Assembly: GCA_963738405.1 (NCBI GenBank)
Contig: CAVTWJ010000017.1
Span: forward strand, 1 to 29,006
DNA: 29,006 bases
Reading direction: 5' to 3'
From: a candidate division FCPU426 bacterium
GTDB taxonomy: Bacteria > Oederibacteriota > Muellerivitia > Muellerivitales > Muellerivitaceae
Positions 9,366 to 17,750 of the stretch are shown here, piece after piece. Positions within the stretch are counted from its first letter, which is position 1; the number at the start of each line of letters is the position of its first letter. The notes below the pieces were generated by a model. That model was not told the origin of the DNA and ran no database searches. It was given only the letters and a program-made list of their open reading frames with translations. The position numbers and the translations under genes were made by a program.

Positions 9366-10877
9366 ATGCCAAATCTTTGTTCCATTGACGTGGGTTCCAA
9401 CGCCATGAGGCTGGCCATCGGCTTCCTGGACCATAACAAACAGCTTCATTTGGTCGAGGACATGCGTGAGCCCGTGCGCCTGGGCCAGGACGTCTTCAAG
9501 CAGGGCGTCATATCCAAAGAAACCACCCAAAAAGCCGTGGAAGCCTTTCTGCGTTTTAAAGAGCTGATTCACCAGCACCAGGTCGTCATTACCCGCGCGG
9601 TCGCTACCAGTGCCGTTCGTGAAGCCCATAACCGGGACGAATTTATCGCCCATATTCAGGAGGCCACCGGCATCGAGCTTCGGCCCATCACCGGCGAGGA
9701 AGAAGCCCTTCTGGTTTATTTGGCCGTGGCTAAAAAGATACCGTTGGAAAACAAGACCGCCATGCTGATCGACATCGGCGGGGGAAGCGTGGAACTGACC
9801 CTGGCCCGCGAAGCCAAGATTCTCGCCACCGACAGTTTCAAGATGGGGGCGGTCCGCCTTCTTCAGGTTTTAGAGCAAAAGAAGGTTGGCGAAAAGCGTT
9901 TTAACCAAATGGTTCAGGAATACGTCGAATCCGCCAGCAAAAGATTTAATCAAAAACTGGCCGGCCAGCGCATCAACATCTGCGTCGGAACCGGCGGCAA
10001 CCTGGATACCCTGTTGTCCCTCAAGAGCCAAATCCTGCACAAGGCAGGCTCCCTCTTCGTAACCCTGCCGGAGCTTAAGACCATCCTGCACCGGATCCGT
10101 TCCTTGACCTATGAAGACCGGGTGACCCGCCTGGGGTTGCGCCCCGACCGCGCGGACGTCATTTTGCCCGCCGCCACCGTTCTCCAAAAAGTGATGGAAG
10201 TCGGAAAGATCAACCGGATTTATATCCCCAACGTGGGCGTGAAGGAAGGCCTGCTCATTGAGATGGTAACGGAACTATTAACTGGGAAACGCCCCCTCCA
10301 TCGGCAGGAAGTGGTGGGAGCCCTGAAACAAGTGGGCCTCAAATACGGCTACGACGAGGCTCACGCTTCCACCGTGACCAAGCTCGCCCTAGACCTCTTC
10401 GATCACACGAAGGCCCTTCATAAGCTGGGGGATGACCAGCGCCTGCTGTTGGAAGTGGCGGCCCAGCTCCACGACATCGGCCAATTCGTCAACTATGGGG
10501 CCCACCATAAGCATTCCTATTACCTGATCAAGGCCACCCAGCTGGTGGGCCTGCACCACGACCAGGTGGAAATTATCGCCAACGTGGCGCGGTACCACCG
10601 CAAGGCCATGCCGAAGATGGAGCACGAAAATTACCGCGCCCTTTCCCCCGCCCAAAGGCAGGTGGTGAACAAATTGGCGGGTATTTTGCGGGTGGCCGAC
10701 GCCATGGACCATGAACATTCGTCAAAAGTAACAGGGTTCAACCTGACCCAAAAGAGGGGCCACTTTGCCGTCAAGCTGAAGGGCCAGGGGGATATGCTTT
10801 TGGAGCGCTGGGCGCTTTTGAAAAAATGCGACTTGTTTGAAAAGACCTTTAAGGTCCGCTTTGCCGTAGCCCGCTAG
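9366..10877 (+). CDS. ppx: Ppx/GppA exopolyphosphatase with C-terminal HD domain
   Basis: DVGSNAMRL, ATSAVREA, GEEEA, DIGGGSVE, RADVI, GVKEG and HDIG...HHKHS motifs. TATAAT at 9307-9312. Confidence 0.95.
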   Translation: MPNLCSIDVGSNAMRLAIGFLDHNKQLHLVEDMREPVRLGQDVFKQGVISKETTQKAVEAFLRFKELIHQHQVVITRAVATSAVREAHNRDEFIAHIQEATGIELRPITGEEEALLVYLAVAKKIPLENKTAMLIDIGGGSVELTLAREAKILATDSFKMGAVRLLQVLEQKKVGEKRFNQMVQEYVESASKRFNQKLAGQRINICVGTGGNLDTLLSLKSQILHKAGSLFVTLPELKTILHRIRSLTYEDRVTRLGLRPDRADVILPAATVLQKVMEVGKINRIYIPNVGVKEGLLIEMVTELLTGKRPLHRQEVVGALKQVGLKYGYDEAHASTVTKLALDLFDHTKALHKLGDDQRLLLEVAAQLHDIGQFVNYGAHHKHSYYLIKATQLVGLHHDQVEIIANVARYHRKAMPKMEHENYRALSPAQRQVVNKLAGILRVADAMDHEHSSKVTGFNLTQKRGHFAVKLKGQGDMLLERWALLKKCDLFEKTFKVRFAVAR

Positions 10878-10912
10878 GGCCGGGCGGAAAAGATTCGGGA
10901 GGAGCCAGGACA

Positions 10913-11608
10913 ATGGTGACCAATACAACGAGTGAAATAAAAGGCCGGCTGATCGCGGTGGAGGGCCTGGACGGGTCCGGCAAGTCCACCCAGATACGCC
11001 TGCTCAAGCGGTGGCTGGAGTTGGAAGGCTATAAGGTCTTTTTCACCGAATGGAACTCTTCGGACCTGGTCAAGAAGGCCACCCGCAAGGGCAAAAAAAA
11101 GAAACTCCTGACCCCCACCACCTTTTCCCTGATCCACTGCACGGATTTCGCCGACCGGTACGAACGGCAGATCCTTCCCCTTTTGCAGGGGGGCTATCTG
11201 GTTTTGGCGGACCGCTACGTCTACACCGCCTACGCGCGCGACGCGGTGCGCGGCTGTGACCGGGATTGGCTGAGGAAACTTTACCGTTTCGCCCGAAAAC
11301 CCGATATTACCTTTTTTTTCGAGGTGCCCCTGGACGTAGCCCTGGGCCGAATCCTCGAGGGCCGTCCCATGCTGAAGTACCACGAGGCCGGCATGGATAT
11401 GGGATTTTCAAAGGACCCTTACGAATCTTTTAAAATCTTTCAGGGGAAAATTTACGAGGAATACGGCCGCATCGGCAAGGAATACCCCTTTGAAAGGGTG
11501 GACGCCACCCTGCCGTCGGAGGAACAACAGGCCTTGATGAGGGATCTGGTTCGGCGCCGGATCGATTTGAAGGATTACAAAATCAAGGGACGGGAGGCCA
11601 AGTCATGA
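10913..11608 (+). CDS. Thymidylate-kinase-like P-loop kinase, copy A (non-canonical)
   Basis: Walker A EGLDGSGKST and DRY motif. TEWNSS replaces the usual REPG, and there is a Lys-rich insert KKATRKGKKKK. Confidence 0.88.
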   Translation: MVTNTTSEIKGRLIAVEGLDGSGKSTQIRLLKRWLELEGYKVFFTEWNSSDLVKKATRKGKKKKLLTPTTFSLIHCTDFADRYERQILPLLQGGYLVLADRYVYTAYARDAVRGCDRDWLRKLYRFARKPDITFFFEVPLDVALGRILEGRPMLKYHEAGMDMGFSKDPYESFKIFQGKIYEEYGRIGKEYPFERVDATLPSEEQQALMRDLVRRRIDLKDYKIKGREAKS

Positions 11609-12405
11609 AATCCAAACGCTTTTTCGGCAAAGGACTTCCCGGGGTTGACCCGGCGCTTTTAAACGGAACTTTAATTATTATCGAAGGGTCAGATGGATCG
11701 GGCCGTTCGACCCAGATCGGCTACCTTACCAACTGGCTGGAGCGAAAGGGCTTCCCCTCTGTTCAAGTGGGCCTCAAGCGCAGCGAGCTGGTGGGAGAGG
11801 CCTTGGCGGAGGCGATGAAAGGCAATACCCTCAACGCCATCACCCTCAATTTATTCTATGCCACCGACTTCGCCGATCAGCTGGAGAGGGTGATTATCCC
11901 GTCACTGAAAGCGGGATTCGTGGTTTTGGCGGACCGTTATATTTATACCCTGATGGCACGGGACATCGTTCGGGGTTCTTCGATGGACTGGCTGAAGGAA
12001 ATTTACGGTTTCGCTTTGGAGCCGGACGCGGTTTTCTACCTGAACGTCTCGCCCAAAGTGCTGGCGGAACGCCATTTCAGCAAGAGCGGGATGTTGGATT
12101 ATTGGGAATCGGGTATGGACGTCCAGCGCGCGGGCGGGATGTACGACAACTTCATCAAATATCAGACCCGAATCCACAAGGTGTTTGAAAGCCTGCAAAA
12201 GGAATTCAAATTCACCACGATCCAGGGGAACCGCAGACCGGCCTCCATCGCCAAAGAAATCAGGGATAAGGTGGAACGCATCCTGGCGGAACGGTCCAAC
12301 CGTTTCAAGGACCTCCAAAAGCCCCGCCTCAGCGCGACCGAATCGGCCGACGCGGCCGCGCGGGCCCTTTTGGCGCCCGGCGAAAACCCGGCGGATCAAA
12401 ACTAG
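11605..12405 (+). CDS. Thymidylate-kinase-like P-loop protein, copy B (Walker A Lys replaced by Arg)
   Basis: EGSDGSGRST, ATDFADQLE and LADRYIYTLMARD are paralogous to copy A. ATGA overlap with copy A. Confidence 0.88.
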   Translation: MKSKRFFGKGLPGVDPALLNGTLIIIEGSDGSGRSTQIGYLTNWLERKGFPSVQVGLKRSELVGEALAEAMKGNTLNAITLNLFYATDFADQLERVIIPSLKAGFVVLADRYIYTLMARDIVRGSSMDWLKEIYGFALEPDAVFYLNVSPKVLAERHFSKSGMLDYWESGMDVQRAGGMYDNFIKYQTRIHKVFESLQKEFKFTTIQGNRRPASIAKEIRDKVERILAERSNRFKDLQKPRLSATESADAAARALLAPGENPADQN

Positions 12406-12414
12406 CCGTTTTTT

Positions 12415-13926
12415 CTAATGAAGCACCTGGCAGTGGAGTCCGCCCGCGCCCCAGGCGAAGTCCGAAACCGGAATCACATCGATCCCGGCTCGATTGAAGA
12501 TCGAGACCCATTGATCGAAAAGCGGGTTCGATTCCTTGTCCGTTTGATCCATTTCTTTCCAAACTTCCGCAATAGAATCCAGTACATCCTTAAACCGGCC
12601 TTCACTTGGTTGTTTCTGCCATTCCCCCGCCTTTAACTGGAGTGCCCCCAGCTTTTCTTTCAATACTTCCTGGGCGGGCGTTGCGTTTGGATCTTCCGTT
12701 GTTTGAACCGGGTATTTCGACAAAAGCACCTCACACTTCCCCTTTTCGGGGTCGTAAAACCGCACCATATTGGCCGGACTGCGGACCGGATGGTCCCCGA
12801 AGGGAAGCCGGTTCACCTTGAATCCCAAGGTTTCCAATTCGGAAGCGATCAGGTCCATTTCTCCCTGCAGGCTTTTGACAAAATCCCCATCAAGGGGCTG
12901 ACCTGTCACCCGGTCTATAGGATTGGACTGATAAGTCGGCACAAAGGCTTGAGCTTCCCGCGCCATCCCAACAACCGCCGTGGACATATCCAAGTGAAAG
13001 AGCTCATCATTTCCCAGGCTGGGTTTAAGCAGGGCTCCGGAGGGTAATAGGCAAACCGGAAGACCGTCAAAAGCCTTTGAAAACTCATCTTGATCCTGGA
13101 GAAGCTGTTCCTGGCTTAGCGCGGGAGCCGTCGAGGGCGTCAGAGAGTTGTTCATCAACTTCAGGGCCCGGTGTCTTCCCAAAAGGAGCACTTGGTTACC
13201 GCTCGGGGTTCTTACGAGGTCCTCATCCCCGCCCTCGGCACTCACCCCTGCCGGAAGGTCCCGGTAGGCAAACTGGTCCGGATAAGCCGCGCATAAATCC
13301 GCCACCGCTTGATGGTAGAGGGGCAGGTCCTGGGGGCCCCGATAGATGATCCAACGGCCCTTCCCATCCCTCCCGATGATCTTTCCGATATCCTGAGCCC
13401 AAATCAAAGGCGTGGGGCTTTTAAAAAAATGGACCCGATTCTTAATTTGATCCAATGACCAACCGCATCGTGAAGCGAGGTAATCCAAAAAATATCTTTC
13501 CTCGTTTCCGGATGCTCCCTTCACCCTTCTGGGGTCCGGAAGGGCCACGTAAAGTTTAGTTTGGGGCGGAAAGGCATTGATCACACGACCATGGCAGAGC
13601 TCAAAATTAAGCCAATAAAGTTGTTCATGGACCTTCTGATAATCGACGGCCGGCAAAGTAGGACCTGGCGTAATGCTCGGAAGGAGGTAAAAAGATGGGT
13701 TGTCGGAATCAATTCCGATGACCACAAAATCCAAGGGCCTTTCAGTTTCAGGAATGGTCATCAAACCATCCTGGTTATGAAACACTTCAGCCGAGAGGGG
13801 AGCGATACCTCTAGAAGTCACTCGGGGCAGAATGAAGTAAAAGGCCGCGACAAAAATGATGAGAAACGCCCCCAAGAGAAAGGGCAAGGGGTTTCTTGAA
13901 TTTCGTAGGGCGTCGGTTTCTGTCAC
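12415..13926 (-). CDS. Membrane-anchored pentein-superfamily enzyme (agmatine/peptidyl-arginine deiminase-like)
   Basis: N-terminal TM (LPFLLGAFLIIFVAAFYFIL), then WAQD, EGGD, FHLD and C-terminal GGLHC in the order of the Asp/His/Asp/Cys catalytic residues. Confidence 0.78.
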   Translation of the reverse strand: MTETDALRNSRNPLPFLLGAFLIIFVAAFYFILPRVTSRGIAPLSAEVFHNQDGLMTIPETERPLDFVVIGIDSDNPSFYLLPSITPGPTLPAVDYQKVHEQLYWLNFELCHGRVINAFPPQTKLYVALPDPRRVKGASGNEERYFLDYLASRCGWSLDQIKNRVHFFKSPTPLIWAQDIGKIIGRDGKGRWIIYRGPQDLPLYHQAVADLCAAYPDQFAYRDLPAGVSAEGGDEDLVRTPSGNQVLLLGRHRALKLMNNSLTPSTAPALSQEQLLQDQDEFSKAFDGLPVCLLPSGALLKPSLGNDELFHLDMSTAVVGMAREAQAFVPTYQSNPIDRVTGQPLDGDFVKSLQGEMDLIASELETLGFKVNRLPFGDHPVRSPANMVRFYDPEKGKCEVLLSKYPVQTTEDPNATPAQEVLKEKLGALQLKAGEWQKQPSEGRFKDVLDSIAEVWKEMDQTDKESNPLFDQWVSIFNRAGIDVIPVSDFAWGAGGLHCQVLH

Positions 13927-14095
13927 GGAAATATTTTTCTCGTTATTCGATTAGGCTCTTCGGCTTCATCGAGTAAAAAAATGCAATTTCCATTCCGAAA
14001 TAAACAATCGACAAAATTCTTAAAGTTCCTTCGGCGGGTAAGCTGATCGTTAAAACATTACCCAACTTGTTACCTTGTGTGAGCTTGCGGAAAAT

Positions 14096-14112
14096 ATTTA
14101 ACGAATTGTAAA
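14096..14112 (-). promoter_or_regulatory. Possible Pho-box-like repeat upstream of the pentein gene
   Basis: Minus strand TTTACA-ATTCG-TTAAAT. Further half-sites (GTAACA, TTAACG) lie at 14048-14073, but the region is AT-rich. Confidence 0.35.
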
Positions 14113-14216
14113 ATTTTATTCTTTTTGATTACCGGCCGGTTTTTTCGAAAAGGAGAAGGTTGCGTCCGTAATGAAGATTTGATATTTGTCGCAAGGTGAA
14201 ATTTCCTTAAAAACCT

Positions 14217-15515
14217 TTACTCTTCTTGAGCGCGCAAGACAATCGTAAAGGCGCTTCCCTTTCCTTCCGCGCTTTTCAAAAGCACTTCCCCGCCCATTTT
14301 TTCAGCCAAATGTTTCACGATCGAAAGCCCCAGACCCGTGCCTCCGGCCTCCCGGCTTCGGGAGCTATCCACCCTGAAAAACCTCTCAAAAACCCTGGTT
14401 TGCGCCTCGGGCGGAATACCCGGTCCTTGGTCCGCGACCGTGATTTCCTCCAATCCATCCCCGCGCCGATTGGAAAAAATACGTATTTCCGTTTTAGCGG
14501 GAGAGTATTTAATCGCGTTATCCAGCAGATTCTCGAAAACATGAAAGAGCCCTTCGCGGTGAGCGGTCACCATTTCACCCGTTGGAATCTCCTGGGTAAT
14601 CTTCATTTCCTTGGCTTCCCACTTGGCCTTTAAAAGATCCACCACCTGCTGGGCCACCTCGGCGGGTTTAACGGGTTCCAACCCGGTGATGTAAAGACCG
14701 CTCTCGATCTTGGAAAGTTCCAATACGTCGGTAATGAGGGCATTGAGCCGGTTCGCCTGGTCGGAAATTTTCTTGAGAAATTGCCCCCGGTTCTTGCGGT
14801 CATCCAACGCCCCGGTCAAGAGAGTCTCCACATAACCCAAAATGGCCGTCAAAGGCGTGCGGAGTTCGTGTGAAACATTGGCCACAAACTCGGTTCTCAT
14901 ACGCATCAATCGCCGGAGGGAGGTAATATCGGAAAAAACAACAATTTGACCCAAAGGATAGCCTTCCTCCACGCGGATGGCTCCCACGCTCACCGCGAAA
15001 TATTTTTCGTCCCTGCCCCCAAATTCAATTTCTCCCCCGGCGCGGCCTTCCCTTTTCGATTCCGCCAGAAGATCAGCCAAAACGGGATGCCGCACCACCT
15101 CCAGGTAATGCCGGCCCAAATGATTTTCTTCCAGGGTTTCCAGTATTTTTTCGGCGGAGGGGTTCATGAGAATGATCCGGTCGGCCTGATTGAGAAGCAG
15201 GACGCCCTCTCCCATGCTGTTAAGGATCACGTTCAGCATCGACTCGTTGGACCCTAAACGCTGGATCATCTCCTCGAAATTCCGCCCGGGAATGGATCCG
15301 CGCTTTATTTCAGATGGGGCTTCCGGAAGTTTGGCGGCGGGGGGCTCGTCAGGAACCGGGTTTAGGAAAAGGCGGACCAATCCAAAACCCATCAAGATAC
15401 CCAGGACCATGAAAAAGGCGGATTTCCACAACATGGCCTTCATCAAGGCGAGAATCACCACAGCTATCAGAAGGAGAAATAGGAAAAGCCAAAAAGAACG
15501 GGTAGCGGATTTCAT
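14217..15515 (-). CDS. phoR: PhoR-type sensor histidine kinase
   Basis: Two N-terminal TMs, PAS (LNSMGEGVLLL), MRTEFVANVSHELRTPLT, NLLDNAIKY, RVFERFFRVDSSRSREAGGTGLGLSIVKH. Confidence 0.9.
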   Translation of the reverse strand: MKSATRSFWLFLFLLLIAVVILALMKAMLWKSAFFMVLGILMGFGLVRLFLNPVPDEPPAAKLPEAPSEIKRGSIPGRNFEEMIQRLGSNESMLNVILNSMGEGVLLLNQADRIILMNPSAEKILETLEENHLGRHYLEVVRHPVLADLLAESKREGRAGGEIEFGGRDEKYFAVSVGAIRVEEGYPLGQIVVFSDITSLRRLMRMRTEFVANVSHELRTPLTAILGYVETLLTGALDDRKNRGQFLKKISDQANRLNALITDVLELSKIESGLYITGLEPVKPAEVAQQVVDLLKAKWEAKEMKITQEIPTGEMVTAHREGLFHVFENLLDNAIKYSPAKTEIRIFSNRRGDGLEEITVADQGPGIPPEAQTRVFERFFRVDSSRSREAGGTGLGLSIVKHLAEKMGGEVLLKSAEGKGSAFTIVLRAQEE

Positions 15516-15582
15516 AACAGGATTTTAACAGGTTGTTGAATAAGTCCACAGAACAGACTTTTTTTAATCATTGGAGTTTCGG

Positions 15583-15598
15583 AATCGGTCAACCGATT
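15583..15598. repeat. Palindrome AATCGGT-CA-ACCGATT at the phoB stop, with an inverted near-copy at 16321-16337
   Basis: Perfect 7-bp arms. Its reverse complement shares 13 consecutive nt (AATCGGTTGACCG) with 16321-16333. Confidence 0.7.
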
Positions 15599-16281
15599 TA
15601 AACTTCCTCTTTGAATAAATATCCATAACCCTTGACCGTCTGGATATGCTTGTCATAGGTTCCCAGTTTTTCCCGAAGACGCCTCACATGCACATCCACC
15701 GTCCGGGTCGTTCCGAAGTAATCGTAACCCCAAACATTATTCAATAGAACGTCCCGGGAGAGAACACGGCCCGTGTGGGTGAGAAAATAATCCAGAAGCT
15801 CGAATTCCTTGGCGGTTAGATCCAGCTTATGGGATTTCAGGACCACCTCATGCTTGGCCCTATTAAAGACGAGGTCCTTGAACTTCTGGACCGATTCCCC
15901 CTCCTGCGCTTTACTGAAACGCCTTAGGACCGCCCTAACCCTGGCCAACAGCTCCTTAACGGAAAAAGGCTTGGTCATATAATCGTCCGCGCCCAATTCA
16001 AGACCCACGATCTTGTCCGATTCTTCTCCCTTGGCGGTCAGCATGACGACCGGAATATGCGCGGTCTTCGGATTGGATTTGAGGGTCTTACAAACGGTCA
16101 ACCCGTCGGTTTTCGGAAGCATAAGATCCAGCAGGACCAAGTCCGGCATTTTTTCAGGAATTTTTTTGAGGGCTGTCTCGCCGTCCATTTCGGACAAAAC
16201 CCGGTAACCGTCTTTTTCTAAGTTGTAGGTTAATAACTCAACCAGGTCCTTCTCGTCTTCAACAATAAATATTTGTTTCAT
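15598..16281 (-). CDS. phoB: PhoB/PhoP-type OmpR-family response regulator
   Basis: VEDE, LLDLMLP, MLTAKGEESDKIVGLELGADDYMTKPFS and TRTVDVHVRRLREKL motifs. Adjacent to phoR and phosphate genes. Confidence 0.9.
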   Translation of the reverse strand: MKQIFIVEDEKDLVELLTYNLEKDGYRVLSEMDGETALKKIPEKMPDLVLLDLMLPKTDGLTVCKTLKSNPKTAHIPVVMLTAKGEESDKIVGLELGADDYMTKPFSVKELLARVRAVLRRFSKAQEGESVQKFKDLVFNRAKHEVVLKSHKLDLTAKEFELLDYFLTHTGRVLSRDVLLNNVWGYDYFGTTRTVDVHVRRLREKLGTYDKHIQTVKGYGYLFKEEV

Positions 16282-16363
16282 GGAAACCTTTCTGGTCTTG
16301 CAGGGCCGGCGGGAAAAGGCAATCGGTTGACCGGATTATATAAGGTGACCCCATCCAAACCTC

Positions 16364-16380
16364 TGTTAAAAGAGTGTAAA
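16364..16380 (-). promoter_or_regulatory. Pho box (autoregulatory) upstream of phoB
   Basis: Minus strand TTTACA-CTCTT-TTAACA, followed 23 nt later by TATAAT (16335-16340). Confidence 0.7.
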
Positions 16381-16421
16381 TCCGCCTGTCTAAGCCCTGA
16401 ATCTTAAATAATCCATGAACT

Positions 16422-16449
16422 TTTACGATGCCTTTACAAGATTTTCATC
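16422..16449 (+). promoter_or_regulatory. Pho-box-like repeats upstream of the lone receiver gene
   Basis: TTTACG-ATGCC-TTTACA plus a weaker third repeat. TAATAT at 16470-16475. Confidence 0.55.
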
Positions 16450-16532
16450 CTGTCGATTCGGGTGTTTCTTAATATTACTCACAAATGATTTTGATAAACA
16501 GTCGGCCTATTCGGGGAAATGAGGAGTTCCAT

Positions 16533-16937
16533 ATGGAAAAAATCATGCTTTTGGACGGAAACACCCGCGACTTGAGAGAATTAAGCGGCGCCCTTTCGCC
16601 TTACTTTATCGTTCTGAGTTGCGGGCGCGGTATCAAGGCCTTGGAAATTTTGAAAGTATTTCAACCCTCGGGTTTGATCCTGGATCCCTCCATGTCCGGT
16701 TTCGACACGGTGGATTTTATTCAGCAGGCTCGTTTTCACTCGAAAGGCCTTCCCTTAAGCGTGATGGCCCTAAGTTCTATGTTCAATCTTGTTCAGGTTA
16801 GCCGGGTTTTCGATTGGGGTGTGGACTTGGCCTTTTCCAAACCTTTTGACGCCGCATTCGTGGCAAAAAAAATGACTGAACTTATTGATTCGCGGAAACA
16901 AAAAAATCTTTTGGAAGTTGCAGCGAGGGGATACTGA
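16533..16937 (+). CDS. Single-domain response regulator receiver (atypical acidic pocket)
   Basis: RBS GAGGAG before ATG at 16533. KIMLLDGN, ILDPSMSG (phospho-Asp position), ALSS and SKPF motifs. Confidence 0.8.
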   Translation: MEKIMLLDGNTRDLRELSGALSPYFIVLSCGRGIKALEILKVFQPSGLILDPSMSGFDTVDFIQQARFHSKGLPLSVMALSSMFNLVQVSRVFDWGVDLAFSKPFDAAFVAKKMTELIDSRKQKNLLEVAARGY

Positions 16938-16953
16938 CCTTTAGCCCTTGGTT

Positions 16954-16970
16954 TTTACCTAGAGTTAACT
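16954..16970 (+). promoter_or_regulatory. Pho-box-like repeat upstream of the PHP gene
   Basis: TTTACC-TAGAG-TTAACT, 11-bp period. Confidence 0.5.
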
Positions 16971-17019
16971 CGATCTTGATTCTCCCCTAATGAATAACAA
17001 TTACATTTAGGATCCATAG

Positions 17020-17733
17020 ATGCCAAAAGCCGACCTACACCTACACACCGACTTCTCCGATGGGCTCCACAGCCCCCGCCAGGTTGTCCAATCTGCCTCT
17101 AAAGCCGGTCTCCCCATCATCGCTGTTACCGATCACGACACCATGGAAGGCGCCCTTCGCGCTCATGAATATTCTCTTCGACGGCCCGATTTGGGTGTTC
17201 AGGTCATCATCGGAGAAGAAGTCAGCTCTCTCAACGGCCACGTTCTTGGCTACTTTCTGACAAAGTTCGTTCCTCCCCGGTTGACCGCCAAAAGAACAGT
17301 GGAGTTGATCCATCAGCAGGGCGGTTTGGCGGTTTTGGCTCACCCCTTTCATCTCTACACCGGGCGGGATTCCAAGCACCCCCCCGCAATCGAATTAATT
17401 CGCGAAATTCCATTCGATGGGGTGGAAACCGTAAACCACGGGGATGCCCTTTCTTTCTGGAGCAACCGCAAAGCCCTCAAGTCTCTGGAAAAGATGGATT
17501 TTGCCCATATCGGATCAAGCGACGCCCACAATAGCCGTTTTATCGGCATGGGTTACACGGAATTCCAGGGTTCCACTCCCGAAGATCTGCGACAAGCCAT
17601 CCTCCAGCGCCGCACCAAGGCCTGTTATCAAAGGCGCTGGGGTTTCAAAGACATTTGGCTGCACCTCAGGGATGCTTCCTCGGTGCTGAGCCGTTACTCG
17701 AAAAAAATGGCCAGTATCAACAACCTTTACTGA
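17020..17733 (+). CDS. PHP-domain metal-dependent phosphoesterase
   Basis: DLHLHTDFSDG, AVTDHD, GEEVS, GH, AHP and GSSDAH motifs. Confidence 0.93.
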   Translation: MPKADLHLHTDFSDGLHSPRQVVQSASKAGLPIIAVTDHDTMEGALRAHEYSLRRPDLGVQVIIGEEVSSLNGHVLGYFLTKFVPPRLTAKRTVELIHQQGGLAVLAHPFHLYTGRDSKHPPAIELIREIPFDGVETVNHGDALSFWSNRKALKSLEKMDFAHIGSSDAHNSRFIGMGYTEFQGSTPEDLRQAILQRRTKACYQRRWGFKDIWLHLRDASSVLSRYSKKMASINNLY

Positions 17734-17750
17734 TTTTCCTTTCAACCGAA

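Noticed and set aside
10913..12405. Annotation as two ordinary tmk genes
   Set aside because: Canonical dTMP-binding motifs are altered, one P-loop lacks Lys, and the gene context is polyP metabolism.
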